This document shows positions 30,900 through 41,756 of a stretch of 64,000 bases of DNA, piece after piece. Source of the stretch: Waterburya sp. (GTDB taxonomy: Bacteria; Cyanobacteriota; Cyanobacteriia; Cyanobacteriales; Xenococcaceae); assembly GCA_965217895.1 (NCBI GenBank), contig CBDCJV010000002.1, positions 3,712,001 to 3,776,000 on the forward strand, given 5' to 3'. Both the position numbers and the translations under genes were made by a program. The notes beneath the pieces were generated by a model. That model did no database searches. It had not been told where the DNA came from and saw only the letters and a list, made by a program, of their open reading frames with translations. Position 1 is the stretch's first letter, and each line of letters begins with the position of its first letter.

Positions 30900-32390
30900 T
30901 CAACCTTGCAGTTTTTTGACTAACATTTGATTTGTCAATTTAGGATCGGCGCGTCCACTAGTTTTCTTCATTACTTGCCCCACGAAAAAACCTTTGAGCT
31001 TAGTTTTACCATTACGAAATTGCTCTAACTCTTGAGGATGGGCAGCAATCACTTCATCAATGATTTTTTCAATTTCGCCCGTATCAGAGATTTGAATTAA
31101 ACCTTTTTTCTCTACTAAAGCTTTTGCCGAACCACCTTTAGTTAATAAGTCTGGCAAAATTTCCTTGCCAATTTTGCCACTAATTGTTCCTGCCGTAATT
31201 AAACTGACAAGTTCTGCTAAAATCTCAGGCTTTAATTCAGTTTCGGTAATCTTAAGATTATTGCTGTTCACATAAGCTGCAATATCTCCCATTACCCAGT
31301 TAGCAACCTGTTTAGTGTCTCCGCCAGCAGCGATCGCCGCTTCAAAATATTCCGCTACGGCGCGATCGTCTGTCAGAACTCTAGTATCGTAAGCTGACAA
31401 GCCCAATTCTGACTCATAACGATGACGTTTAGCCACAGGAAGTTCTGGTAATTCTGCTTTCCAAGTTTCTAATTGTTCAGTAGATACTTCAATGGGAGGC
31501 AAATCTGGTTCGGGGAAATAACGATAGTCGCTGCTTCCTTCCTTGAGGCGCATACTCTTAGTTCGTTGTGAACCTTCTTCCCAAAGACGAGTTTCTTGAT
31601 AGATTGGTTCGCCATTTTCTACAGCTGCAATTTGCCTGTCGATTTCGTAATCGATCGCCTTTTGAATCGCGCTAAAGGAATTCATGTTCTTAATTTCTAC
31701 TTTAGTGCCAAATTCTTTTTGACCCACAGGACGCACAGAAATGTTTACATCACAGCGCAAAGAGCCTTCCTGCATCTTGCCATCACTAATGCCAAGATAG
31801 AGCATAATACGGCGTATTTCTTGGGCGTATTCGGCTGCTTCTTTGCCAGTACGCAGATCTGGTTCGGAAACGATTTCTACTAAAGGTATACCAGCACGGT
31901 TAAAGTCTACCAGGGAATAAGTAGAACCATCAAGGCGATCGCTGCCACCGTGAGTTAGTTTCCCTGCATCTTCTTCCATATGCAGACGAGTAATGCCAAT
32001 TTTTTTTCTGATCGGTTCAGTATTGGGTTTTTCGACAATCTCAATTTCAATCCAGCCATGTTCGGCGATGGGAAGATCGAATTGAGAAATTTGATAATTT
32101 TTGGGTAAGTCAGGATAAAAATATTGCTTGCGATCGAATTTACTATAGGGAGCAATTTGACAGTTAAGAGCCAATCCAGCTTTAACAGCGTATTCCAGCA
32201 CTTTTTCATTTAGTACAGGAAGTACTCCTGGATATCCTAAACAGATAGGAGAAATATTGGTGTTGGGGTTATCGCCATCAAATTTAGTAGATTCGCGACT
32301 AAATATTTTAGTTTTGGTACTGAGTTGACAATGAGTTTCTAAGCCAATTATTGCTTCGTACTCTGTCTTAGGGAGTGCAGCGTTAGTCAT
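30900..32390 (-). CDS. gatB: Asp/Glu-tRNA amidotransferase subunit B
   Basis: IGLETHCQL, FDRKQYFYPDLPK, HMEEDAGK, YRYFPEPDL. Confidence 0.98.
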   Translation of the reverse strand: MTNAALPKTEYEAIIGLETHCQLSTKTKIFSRESTKFDGDNPNTNISPICLGYPGVLPVLNEKVLEYAVKAGLALNCQIAPYSKFDRKQYFYPDLPKNYQISQFDLPIAEHGWIEIEIVEKPNTEPIRKKIGITRLHMEEDAGKLTHGGSDRLDGSTYSLVDFNRAGIPLVEIVSEPDLRTGKEAAEYAQEIRRIMLYLGISDGKMQEGSLRCDVNISVRPVGQKEFGTKVEIKNMNSFSAIQKAIDYEIDRQIAAVENGEPIYQETRLWEEGSQRTKSMRLKEGSSDYRYFPEPDLPPIEVSTEQLETWKAELPELPVAKRHRYESELGLSAYDTRVLTDDRAVAEYFEAAIAAGGDTKQVANWVMGDIAAYVNSNNLKITETELKPEILAELVSLITAGTISGKIGKEILPDLLTKGGSAKALVEKKGLIQISDTGEIEKIIDEVIAAHPQELEQFRNGKTKLKGFFVGQVMKKTSGRADPKLTNQMLVKKLQG

Positions 32391-32597
32391 AAATCTTTAA
32401 CTTGATAAGAAGTAGTTTTCTTATTTTATCTGTTTTACTTCCTTTCAAAACAGGACATCATGTCTTGTTTGAGAATAGATTGATCTAAAAAATATCGTAT
32501 ATTCAATCACTATACTAATGTTACCTAATGTAGGATAATTTAACTGTTTAAGAATTAGAGTTTTAGATAAGTTTATAGCTTATAACATTTAGTTTTT

Positions 32598-33356
32598 ATG
32601 ATTCGTATCTTAATAGTTGACGATCAAAATCTGGTACGTGAAGGCGTAAAAGTTTTACTGGCAAATACTGAAGGAATTACAATTATAGGGGATGCTAAAG
32701 ATGGCGCAAGTGCTTTACAGCAAATTGCAGAACTACAGCCCGATATCGTACTTCTAGACATAGAAATGCCTGGCATCAATGGATTAGCTGTAGCAGGTAA
32801 AATTCGTTCTCAGTTTCCTCAAGTAAAGGTAATTATACTAAGCACTAGGGAAGATAAAGCCTCTGTGCAGAAAGCAACTGTCCAAGGTGCAAAAGGATAT
32901 CTTCTCAAAACAGCATCTTCAGATGAGCTTGAATGGACAATTAAATTAGTAGAGCAGGGATATTCAGCAATGAAATCAGAATTAATGGGAGAACAATTAT
33001 TCCCAAACACTACAAACTCTGTCAGTCAATCTAATAAATCTAATTCTGTTTCTCGCCCTGCTCAAAACTATTCAAAAATGAATGGAGATGCAGCTACTGC
33101 TCAAAAACGCGATTTGGTTTCAGCATCTGTAATAGCGCAAAATAATAAGACAGATTTAAACAAGCTAGAAATCTTACTGGCAAATAATCCAGTTCAGCGC
33201 AAACGTCCAACTCATTTCAAACCCCAAAAAGCTCAGCGATTTCATAATGTAAGACTATTAAAATTTAGAAAGACCTTAGCAAGCTTTGAATTTAAACTCT
33301 TAATTTGCATTGTTTTGTTTTCCTTGGGATTTTTAATCTTTATTGCGTTAGCCTAA
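32598..33356 (+). CDS. Response regulator: NarL-type receiver, linker, C-terminal TM helix
   Basis: ILIVDD, LLDIEMP, GYLLK; no LuxR HTH; tail LLICIVLFSLGFLIFIALA. Confidence 0.85.
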   Translation: MIRILIVDDQNLVREGVKVLLANTEGITIIGDAKDGASALQQIAELQPDIVLLDIEMPGINGLAVAGKIRSQFPQVKVIILSTREDKASVQKATVQGAKGYLLKTASSDELEWTIKLVEQGYSAMKSELMGEQLFPNTTNSVSQSNKSNSVSRPAQNYSKMNGDAATAQKRDLVSASVIAQNNKTDLNKLEILLANNPVQRKRPTHFKPQKAQRFHNVRLLKFRKTLASFEFKLLICIVLFSLGFLIFIALA

Positions 33357-33474
33357 ACTGCCAATTATTATTTCCCTAAATTAAATAATTCAAAGTAAAA
33401 ATAGTAAAAATTATATTTTATTAAATTATCTTCAATAAGTTTTAAAGGTGATTGCGATCGCGATTTAGATGATT

Positions 33475-34047
33475 TTAGCCATTGTTCACATTTTGAGTAG
33501 AAACTCTAGGTAAAGCAATAGTTTCGTTCCCTGGAGGTAAATCAGAACGAAGCTTAGTTGAGCTATTGCCTCCTAGCTGCTGCATTAAACTAGCCATCTC
33601 TAAAGCATTTAAGGCATAGTTCCAACCCAAATTACTTTTGATACCTGCACGCTCTAGGGCTTGTTGCATAGTATCGACAGTTAGCACCCCAAAAATAACG
33701 GGAATACCTGTCTGAAAACTTGCTGCTGCCACACCTTTAGCAGCTTCAGACGACACATAGTCGAAGTGAGGAGTCTGTCCACGAATTACTGCACCGAGGC
33801 AGATAATGGCATTATAGCCACCAGAAAGGGCTAGCTGTCGGGCTACCATAGCAATTTCGTAGCTACCTGGAACCCATACATAGTCTATCTGACCATGATC
33901 GGGGTCAATGTTGATGCCGTGACGTTTTAGACAGTCTTGGCAGCCTGAAATAAGTTTTTCGGTAACCAGATCATTAAAACGACCAATGACGATCGCCATG
34001 CGCCAGCTGGAGATATCCCCTGTAAAAGTTCCTTCAAAAACGGTCAT
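33475..34047 (-). CDS. ribH: 6,7-dimethyl-8-ribityllumazine synthase
   Basis: [32 protein letters not shown]. Confidence 0.96.
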   Translation of the reverse strand: MTVFEGTFTGDISSWRMAIVIGRFNDLVTEKLISGCQDCLKRHGINIDPDHGQIDYVWVPGSYEIAMVARQLALSGGYNAIICLGAVIRGQTPHFDYVSSEAAKGVAAASFQTGIPVIFGVLTVDTMQQALERAGIKSNLGWNYALNALEMASLMQQLGGNSSTKLRSDLPPGNETIALPRVSTQNVNNG

Positions 34048-34142
34048 GAGCTAATGTTCAATAAGTATAGTAATTTTATGTGTCTGACGTTAATTAGGAA
34101 ATCGCTTTGCTAGCAAGGCGATCTCCTTGATAAATTTATTCC

Positions 34143-34331
34143 TTAAATAACAAAAAAGTTTAAGACAGCAACTGCTATCACTAAAACAGTCCAAATTCCC
34201 GAACCAACGTAGATCAAGGATTTGGATTGTTCCCAGTTCTGTGGGGAAGCATAGGCAACTGGCACGCCAATTACCATGACAAATGAAAATAGAACTAAAA
34301 CAGCTAATGCCAACTGAAATAAAATAGTCAT
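34143..34331 (-). CDS. psbZ: Photosystem II protein PsbZ
   Basis: 62 aa, FQLALA...[15 protein letters not shown]; upstream of ribH. Confidence 0.95.
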   Translation of the reverse strand: MTILFQLALAVLVLFSFVMVIGVPVAYASPQNWEQSKSLIYVGSGIWTVLVIAVAVLNFFVI

Positions 34332-34586
34332 TGTTTGATTCTCCTAAATGTAAGATAGCCAAGGTCAACTGGCAAATCTTTAAATAATGTTTTAATTTGG
34401 TTTTTTTTCCTAATATATTACGCTACCAAAAATTGACTACATCTGAGAAGGGATCTTTGACACTGTGCTAGATAACTTTACTCAAACCTTTGTAAACTTT
34501 GTAAAATAAAACAATCTTGAATTTACCAGAAAATTTTAGTTTCCTGGTAAATTTGGGTAAAAATTACTAAAATTTCCTGATCATAA

Positions 34587-36098
34587 ATGTTAGATTTTCG
34601 AGCTAGCGGTGTTCTACTTCATCCAACTTCTCTGCCTAGCCGTTTTGGCATCGGCGATTTGGGACAGAACGCATATCAATTTATCGACTTTTTAGCCAAC
34701 AGCGACCAACAAATATGGCAAATTTTGCCAATTGGACCGACTGGTTACGGAAACTCACCATATCTATCTTATTCTGCTTTGGCAGGAAATCCGCTATTAA
34801 TTAGCCCTGAAATTTTACAAGGTCAAGGATTATTGACCACGGAAGAATTAGACAGACTACCTGAGTTCCCTATAGATCATGTTGATTTTGGCTCTGTAAT
34901 TGCTAGTAAAATGCCTTTGTTGCGTCTGGCAAGCGATCGCTTTAAAGAACAGGTCTCAGAAGCAGATAAAGAAGAATTTCAACGTTTTTGTAACGGTCAA
35001 AATGACTGGTTGAGTGACTATGCTCTGTTTATGTCCCTCAAAAAAGTTCATAATCATGCCAGTTGGAATCAATGGTCACAAGATATTGCCTATCGACAGC
35101 CTCAAGCCATGGTCAAGTGGGCAAATGAGTTAGCCGACGAGATATTCTTTCACAAATTTGTCCAGTATCAGTTTTTCTCTCAGTGGAAAAACCTCAAGCA
35201 CTATGCTAATCAAAAAGGAGTAAAAATCTTTGGCGATATCCCTATCTATGTAGCGCACGATAGCGTTGATGTTTGGGCGCACAACAAAATCTTTCGTTTA
35301 GATGAAAAAACAGGAGAAGCAGCTTTAATGGCGGGTGTTCCTCCAGATTACTTTAGTGCCACTGGTCAACTTTGGGGTAATCCTGTTTATAATTGGGAAG
35401 AACTAACCAAAACAGACTTTAAGTGGTGGATTAGGAGAGTTGAAGGCATCCTCGAATATGTAGACATTATTCGTATCGATCATTTTCGAGGGCTTCAAGC
35501 ATATTGGGCAGTGCCTCAAGGATCGGATACGGCAATGGACGGTACATGGCTTGACGCTCCTGGAGACGAATTTTTCCAACAGTTAGAAAAACAACTGGGT
35601 AAGCTACCAATTGTGGCGGAGGATTTGGGAGTAATTACGCCAGAGGTAGAGGCGTTGCGGGACAAATTTGGTTTTCCAGGCATGAAAATCATTCAGTTTG
35701 CCTTTGATTCTGACCGTGACAATGGTTTTCTACCCTACAACTATACAGATCGCAACTGTATTGTTTACACTGGTTCCCACGATAACAATACTACCGTCGG
35801 CTGGTATGAACAGCGATCGCCTGAAGACAAAGCGAAGGTCATAGACTATTTAGGCTGTATTGGTCAAGATGGTATTCACTGGGCATTAATTCGCATGGCA
35901 CTGGCTTCTGTGGGAAATACGGTGGTGTTGCCGTTTCAAGATATTCTAGGCTTAGGTACAGATGCTAAAATGAACACTCCTGCTCAACCTACAGGAAACT
36001 GGTCTTGGCGTTGTCGTGCAGAGGCTTTTAATGATGAGTTGAGCGGTCGCTTGCGACACCTTACTTATCTTTATGGGCGCACGCCAGTTCAAAGTTAA
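34587..36098 (+). CDS. malQ: 4-alpha-glucanotransferase (GH77)
   Basis: RASGVLLHPTSLP, GDIPIYV, GVPPDYFS.TGQLWGNP, RIDHFRG, AEDLG. Confidence 0.97.
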   Translation: MLDFRASGVLLHPTSLPSRFGIGDLGQNAYQFIDFLANSDQQIWQILPIGPTGYGNSPYLSYSALAGNPLLISPEILQGQGLLTTEELDRLPEFPIDHVDFGSVIASKMPLLRLASDRFKEQVSEADKEEFQRFCNGQNDWLSDYALFMSLKKVHNHASWNQWSQDIAYRQPQAMVKWANELADEIFFHKFVQYQFFSQWKNLKHYANQKGVKIFGDIPIYVAHDSVDVWAHNKIFRLDEKTGEAALMAGVPPDYFSATGQLWGNPVYNWEELTKTDFKWWIRRVEGILEYVDIIRIDHFRGLQAYWAVPQGSDTAMDGTWLDAPGDEFFQQLEKQLGKLPIVAEDLGVITPEVEALRDKFGFPGMKIIQFAFDSDRDNGFLPYNYTDRNCIVYTGSHDNNTTVGWYEQRSPEDKAKVIDYLGCIGQDGIHWALIRMALASVGNTVVLPFQDILGLGTDAKMNTPAQPTGNWSWRCRAEAFNDELSGRLRHLTYLYGRTPVQS

Positions 36099-36315
36099 GG
36101 GCGAACGGCCCTAAAGGGTTCGTTAGTCGCTCTTTGTACGGCGCGTTTTTTGTATGAGTATTCACACACGGCGCGTTTTGGGACAGAATCTTCTGACCCA
36201 AAAGCCGCCTTAAAAAAGCCGCCTTTGGAAACCAACACCGCGAGAGTGGAATATGCCCTTTAACTCAGGGCATTTCCTCTCGCAAAGACCGCGCTAACTC
36301 ACTGTTCGCCCGTAC
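36099..36315. repeat. REP-like palindrome expanded by nested repeats
   Basis: Outer gggcgaac / gttcgccc; inner acggcgcgtttt x2, aaaagccgcctt x2 and a module shared with 19423-19545. Confidence 0.7.
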
Positions 36316-36360
36316 GGTTAGTAGTTTGATAAACTGGTAGCAAATTTTAATTGAAGTAGC

Positions 36361-37035
36361 ATGAGTTGGATTATTTTCAATATTGTCGAAAAGATTAGAC
36401 TTTACTCCCAAAGACAAGAGTTAAGACTAGCTAAGGCAGTGGCAGCTAATGATGTTGCTGCTGTCGAAAAGCTATTGCAGCAGGGAGTAGATCCCAATAC
36501 AAAAATAGTAGGGCAAGCATCTGAATCACTAATATTTTTGGTGTTTGAGAAAGTTTGGTTTACCTTGCCTCAGGAGTTGATTAGCGATCGCTTAAGAACC
36601 AGTTATTATATTACAGCCAAAGAGAAATGTCTGCGGTTGCTATTAGAATACGGAGCAAATTCAAATGTCAGAAATAGTTTGGGGCGTAGTGTTCTAGAAG
36701 TAGCTATTCTCTGGTGTATGCCTCAGATTGTTAAGCTATTATTGCTTCATGGAGCAGATCCTAATTTTAGAGATCAAAATGGCATTACCCCTCTGATGAA
36801 AACGGCTATTTTAGGTATTCAAGATGCCAGAGCAATCGAGGACAAGTTACAAATAATTATGCACCTAATTGAAAGTGGTGCAGAAATCGATGCTCAAACG
36901 CCAAATGGTAAGACGGCTTTGATGTATGCTACTGGCAATGCCAGAATGGAAATAGTTGAGCTGTTGGTTAGTAGCGGAGCATCTTTATCAGTTACAAATA
37001 GTCAAGGAAATCAGGCCAGGGACATAATTGGTTGA
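36361..37035 (+). CDS. Ankyrin repeat protein
   Basis: LLEYGA, LLLHGADPN...GITPL, GAEIDA...GKTALM repeats. Confidence 0.88.
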   Translation: MSWIIFNIVEKIRLYSQRQELRLAKAVAANDVAAVEKLLQQGVDPNTKIVGQASESLIFLVFEKVWFTLPQELISDRLRTSYYITAKEKCLRLLLEYGANSNVRNSLGRSVLEVAILWCMPQIVKLLLLHGADPNFRDQNGITPLMKTAILGIQDARAIEDKLQIIMHLIESGAEIDAQTPNGKTALMYATGNARMEIVELLVSSGASLSVTNSQGNQARDIIG

Positions 37036-37359
37036 GAAGTTAGCCAAGAATAAAGAATCCCCTAATTTTTAGTTAGATAGAAACCCCACAGGAATTAATT
37101 AGGTGTTATTCGGTCAATGCTTTACAATCTATACGCTATATAGTATCTGCTAATCTTAAGCCTTACATCGATAGACCTGAATTAATCAATTAACTCTATC
37201 GTATGGAAACTATGTTTGAAGCTAGCTGGAACGATAATGTTAGCGTTGGCTCGTTAAACAAAAATCAAGTTAAACGCAAGTTTGGTAAGTTAATAATTGG
37301 AAAAACAACTGGCTACACGGCTCGTTGGCTTTACAGATTGCTAAAAAAATATTGTGTTA

Positions 37360-37653
37360 ATGATGAACAGTGAAAGTTTATTTGCTATTTCTTTGTTTCC
37401 CTATCTCGGTTTTTTATGGTTCATGACTCGCTCAGGAAAAACGCCACGTTTAGCTTTAATTGGCTTTTATGTCCTGCTAATTTTTGTGATAGTTACTATT
37501 CCTGCGGGCATTTATGCTCAAGCTCATTATGGAAAAGAATTAGCTAATGTCGATTGGCTACATGGCAGTGCAGAATTGTTTTTAACTCTTTCTAATATTT
37601 TAGTGGTTTTAGGTTTTCGTCAGGCAATTATCAAACTGAAAAAAACTGAATAA
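37360..37653 (+). CDS. DUF3593 membrane protein
   Basis: LFAISLFPYLGFL, LANVDWLHGSAE.FLTLSN. Confidence 0.8.
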   Translation: MMNSESLFAISLFPYLGFLWFMTRSGKTPRLALIGFYVLLIFVIVTIPAGIYAQAHYGKELANVDWLHGSAELFLTLSNILVVLGFRQAIIKLKKTE

Positions 37654-37654
37654 T

Positions 37655-37692
37655 ATTGAACCCAGACAAATTTTACTTTATCTGGGTTCAAT
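37655..37692. terminator. Hairpin between convergent genes
   Basis: attgaacccaga / tctgggttcaat, 12-bp stem. Confidence 0.65.
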
Positions 37693-37793
37693 TGCTTATA
37701 TGCTGACCTTATATATTGGTTGGTCAGCGTTATTTATATCTCATAGTCTAAGCTGCTTGCCTGGCTCTAGACTGTGATCTAAATCAAGCTCAT

Positions 37794-38555
37794 TCATACT
37801 TTTGAAGCCAGAGGAGTGGAAAATGCTGCTGCTGGCTGTCTAATTTCCACAGGTGCGTCGTCTTTGACCAGAGAACGAGAATTATCTTCAGCCGTAAACA
37901 TATTGCCAACCATGGCAAACATGGCATCAATTTTGCGTTTGCGCCATTCGGTAACTAGAGCATCTACCTGTGTATTCGATAATCTTCGCTGCATTGCTTC
38001 ATAAAGATAGGCTGCGTGTCTGGTTTCGTCTTCGGCGACGCTGAGGATACTCTGCTGTAGATTACGGCTTTTGGGTTCGTGTTCGGGTAAGGCTCTTGCC
38101 ATCCGTGCAAAATCTTTGCTGGCATCTAGCTCTAGAATATAGGTACTAGCCATAAACACCTGCCAATCTATTTTGTCAGCTTTGAGTGATGCTGGATCAT
38201 AATCACGATAATACTTACCAAAGAAAGGACTAGGCTTTTCGGTTTTTTTGCTTTGCTGTTTTCTTTCCTCAAAGGTCATTACCTGTTTTCCCAGCTGCTT
38301 AAGCCCATGAGCAAAGATTTGACCATGGCGTTTTTCATCAGCAGCATGGATCGTTAGCTTCTCGGCTAGCCAGGTATCTCCTTCTGTAGCTGCTCTTGCT
38401 GCGAGATTACTCAAAAAAGGTACTGCTCCAGATTCGGCTAGTTGAAAACCTGCTAGGGTGTTGGGGCGAGTTTGCGGATCTCGTAATTTATTTGCCAAAA
38501 TGTATGCCGTAGCACCTGAACCAATAACGTTGAGAATGTTGGTAAAAAAGTCCAT
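37794..38555 (-). CDS. Ferritin-like diiron domain protein
   Basis: Two ExxH motifs (DEKRHG, DETRHA) with upstream Glu ligands. Confidence 0.8.
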   Translation of the reverse strand: MDFFTNILNVIGSGATAYILANKLRDPQTRPNTLAGFQLAESGAVPFLSNLAARAATEGDTWLAEKLTIHAADEKRHGQIFAHGLKQLGKQVMTFEERKQQSKKTEKPSPFFGKYYRDYDPASLKADKIDWQVFMASTYILELDASKDFARMARALPEHEPKSRNLQQSILSVAEDETRHAAYLYEAMQRRLSNTQVDALVTEWRKRKIDAMFAMVGNMFTAEDNSRSLVKDDAPVEIRQPAAAFSTPLASKV

Positions 38556-38646
38556 TGCGATTTAATTATTTGTGTGGGGTTAGTTCTATTGTATTCAAGA
38601 TAATTATTTAAATCTAAATTTCGGTGATGGATTCAACATAAATCGA

Positions 38647-39297
38647 TTAAACTTGCTGTTGCTCCCAAAGTCTCAGTCTGATTAGAAACTGCTGCCAGTA
38701 TTCACTGAGAGCTTCTGCATTGAGGCGAAAGATTTGCGCGGGTCGATCTTCTAGGGCGATCGCAATAATTGCCCGATCTATTTGCACATCATAGAGATGA
38801 TTAATCGCTGCGGTATAGGCAGTTAACTGTAAACAATAATCAGCGATCCATTCACTCTGTTTGGGTTTAGAGGCTGTTTTCCAATCAAAAACACAAAGTT
38901 CACTTTCCCATGCCCCCAAACAGTCAAAACGTCCTGCATACTTGTATTCTGTATGATATACTGCCGATTCAATCAAATGAACCTCGCCAACCGATTCTAA
39001 AACTGGTTCAATAGACTGCCAGTAAGGATTGTTTGGCACATCATCAGGTAAATCTTGACCAGCCAAAAAATAATTGATTGCTGTATGAATAGAAGTACCT
39101 CGACGGCAAGCATCGGTACTAATTTTTTGTGCTTGTTTGACTCCAACTCGTTTACGCCATCTGTGTAAAGCCTGACGGTCTTTTTCGGGTTTAGTGGCAG
39201 CTAAAATTGTGCTAACAGAAGGATAAGCCTGTCCGTTAAAACTTAATCTACGTTTGCGATCGACAGTTACGTACTTGACTGGAATGTAAGTGAACAT
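38647..39297 (-). CDS. PD-(D/E)XK exonuclease (MGME1/phage-exonuclease-like)
   Basis: YPSVSTIL, RGTSIH, YAGRFD, DWKT, QLTAY. Confidence 0.85.
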   Translation of the reverse strand: MFTYIPVKYVTVDRKRRLSFNGQAYPSVSTILAATKPEKDRQALHRWRKRVGVKQAQKISTDACRRGTSIHTAINYFLAGQDLPDDVPNNPYWQSIEPVLESVGEVHLIESAVYHTEYKYAGRFDCLGAWESELCVFDWKTASKPKQSEWIADYCLQLTAYTAAINHLYDVQIDRAIIAIALEDRPAQIFRLNAEALSEYWQQFLIRLRLWEQQQV

Positions 39298-39797
39298 TAA
39301 GTATTGCTGACTAAAAATATGTTTATATTAATCGAAAAGTATGATTTTATACATTTTTTTGGGCAATATTCAGCTGATTGTTTCTATGGATGGATTTAAT
39401 TTTGCATAGCTACTTACAATAGTTATTTCTGTCTACGTGCCTAGTATCGCTACAGGGAAGTAAAAAGTAAAAAGCATTTAACTGTAAGGCTTTGACAATT
39501 TATGCCAGCGTCTACTAGATAATATACTTCTACTCTAAACATTTACTATCTTATTAGAAAAAAACTATCCTTCAATTTCATTGAAAAACAAACTTCTTAC
39601 GCTTTATACTTTGTAAAAATAGAGTAACAAAATGATCTAAAATTTATCTTATTCTGTGATATTTAATCTAGAAAAGCATCTTTGTAGCAAACTAGTTTTT
39701 AAGTTTTCAAAAATATTGACAATATTCCTCAAGAATGATTTAAAAAAATTCTTTAGAGAATAAAACTACTATTATGAAAGCTTAATTTAAATATATA

Positions 39798-40997
39798 ATG
39801 ATTCGTATTTTATTGGTAGACGATCAAAACCTAGTGCAACAGGGAATAAAATCGCTGTTGGATCGAGATCGAGAATTGAAAGTGATTGGAACGGTAAAAG
39901 ATGGTCGAAGTGCAATTAAGCAGATCAATCTCTTACGCCCTGACATTGTATTGCTTGACATTGAAATGCCAGGCATGAATGGCATTTCTGTCACAAAATA
40001 TATTACTCATTTTCTTCCCCAAACAAAAGTTATTATTCTCAGTAGTCACGAAGACAAAAAATATTTAGTTCAAGCATTAGTGGCTGGAGCAAAAGCATAC
40101 ATACTAAAAAGTAGCCTAATGAAGGATTTGAAACAGGCTATTTTGGCTGTTGATAATGGATACTTCCAAATGGAGTCTAGGCTACTTGCAAAAGTGCTTT
40201 ATTCTAGTAAGATAAAGCCTCCTATTGCTAAACACAGTTCTCTTAAAGTACAGAGCGTTAGTAATGACGATATAAATGAGCGGAAATTTATAGACACAAA
40301 AAAAACTAATCAAATAAAGTTAGAAAATAATAATAGATTGCAAGAGACTTCCACAAAACTTGAAGATACAGATTCTACTGATTTGGTAGTACCAGAACAA
40401 AAGCTTTCTCAAACCAACATTCTGAATTCACTTGAGGTAAATCAAGAAAACTCCTCCCAAACACCCGATCATGCAACACCAGAACAAATAACTAAAATTC
40501 AAGCTGCTAATATAGAAGAAAAAGCGAAGCTACCTGAAGTTAATCATGCCGAATCGACGATTTCTGCCAATAAAACTGCCCAAACTGCTGAATCTACTTT
40601 AAATCAGCTTGACCATCACGAGTCCTTAAGCGATCGCGCTTCTAGCCCGATAAATGTAACCGCTGTGAGTCAAAATGCTTTGGTTCGAGTTGCAAAACCA
40701 TCTTTGACTCAACAGCAAATACTGCTAAATTCTCACCAAAATAGAAAAGAGTTGGGCAGAACCTCTGGAATTAAAAATTACTGGTGGCGGTTGAGCAATC
40801 GACCAGAAATACGTTCATACAAATCTAAGATTTTGGCATATTCTCAACCGATAGTAGCTAAATATAAGCCCGTATTTGAAAAATATAAGTCACAATTGTT
40901 GTTGTTCATTAATCAAAAAAAAATGCGAAAATGGTTGTCGAACATAGGACTAATATTTTTGGGAGCAGCTATAGTTTTGATTTTGCATAGCTTATAA
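39798..40997 (+). CDS. Response regulator: NarL-type receiver, long linker, C-terminal TM helix
   Basis: ILLVDD, LLDIEMP, AYILK; no LuxR HTH; tail IGLIFLGAAIVLIL. Confidence 0.85.
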   Translation: MIRILLVDDQNLVQQGIKSLLDRDRELKVIGTVKDGRSAIKQINLLRPDIVLLDIEMPGMNGISVTKYITHFLPQTKVIILSSHEDKKYLVQALVAGAKAYILKSSLMKDLKQAILAVDNGYFQMESRLLAKVLYSSKIKPPIAKHSSLKVQSVSNDDINERKFIDTKKTNQIKLENNNRLQETSTKLEDTDSTDLVVPEQKLSQTNILNSLEVNQENSSQTPDHATPEQITKIQAANIEEKAKLPEVNHAESTISANKTAQTAESTLNQLDHHESLSDRASSPINVTAVSQNALVRVAKPSLTQQQILLNSHQNRKELGRTSGIKNYWWRLSNRPEIRSYKSKILAYSQPIVAKYKPVFEKYKSQLLLFINQKKMRKWLSNIGLIFLGAAIVLILHSL

Positions 40998-41016
40998 TTA
41001 AAAATTGATTTTAAAT

Positions 41017-41045
41017 TGAACCAACATTAGCTATCTTCAGTCTAA
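41017..41045 (+). promoter_or_regulatory. ECF-type promoter upstream of the ECF sigma gene
   Basis: TGAACC-N17-GTCTAA, 29 nt before the ATG. Confidence 0.6.
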
Positions 41046-41074
41046 AAAGAAGTACTGAAAATTATTTCTGGAAA

Positions 41075-41740
41075 ATGAGCGAAATATTGGCTAGTCAGAG
41101 AATAATATTTGCTCTGAGTGACGACGGTGAAAAAGCAAGTACAGCAGATGCAAAATCAGAGAACCGAGTGCAGACAGAACAAGAATTGATATGGCTATGT
41201 CAAAAAGGCGATCGCCAGAGTTTTCGGCTGCTTTACCAACGCTATCAGCAGCGGGTGCGTTCAACTCTTTATCAGCTTTGCGGAACTCCTCTACTAGATG
41301 ATTTAGTGCAGGAAGTTTTTTTGAAAGCCTGGAAAGGATTACCCAAGTTAAAAACAGCAAAACATTTTTCTACTTGGCTTTATCGCATTAGCTGGAACGT
41401 GGCAACGGATCAAAGACGAAAACTAGCCAAAGGTCGCGAAAAAATAGATTCCCATGAGAAATCTTGGGAAAAGGAACAGCTAAACCATAGTAAAGATCTT
41501 TCTAGCCTTCAAGATACGCCAGATTTAATGCACCTGCACTATCAAGATCTAGTACAAAGAGGTTTAGATAGTCTAAGCTACGAACATCGTACAGTCTTAG
41601 TTCTTCATGACTTAGAAGACCTACCTCAAAAACAAGTAGCTGAAATTTTAGATATACCAGTGGGAACGGTAAAATCTCGCCTATTTCATGCCAGAAATTT
41701 ATTAAAAAACTTTTTAGATCAACAAGGAATATCTTTTTAA
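41075..41740 (+). CDS. sigH: ECF sigma factor (SigH-like)
   Basis: DDLVQEVFLKAW, FSTWLYRI, GTVKSRLFHAR; followed by anti-sigma-like and Spy-like genes as in the cyanobacterial sigH locus. Confidence 0.75.
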   Translation: MSEILASQRIIFALSDDGEKASTADAKSENRVQTEQELIWLCQKGDRQSFRLLYQRYQQRVRSTLYQLCGTPLLDDLVQEVFLKAWKGLPKLKTAKHFSTWLYRISWNVATDQRRKLAKGREKIDSHEKSWEKEQLNHSKDLSSLQDTPDLMHLHYQDLVQRGLDSLSYEHRTVLVLHDLEDLPQKQVAEILDIPVGTVKSRLFHARNLLKNFLDQQGISF

Positions 41741-41756
41741 TTTAAGATTACTCATC

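Noticed and set aside
34090..34368. 92-aa ORF
   Set aside because: Alternative frame over psbZ
37203..37373. 56-aa ORF METMFEASW...
   Set aside because: No recognisable motif, and it overlaps the DUF3593 start
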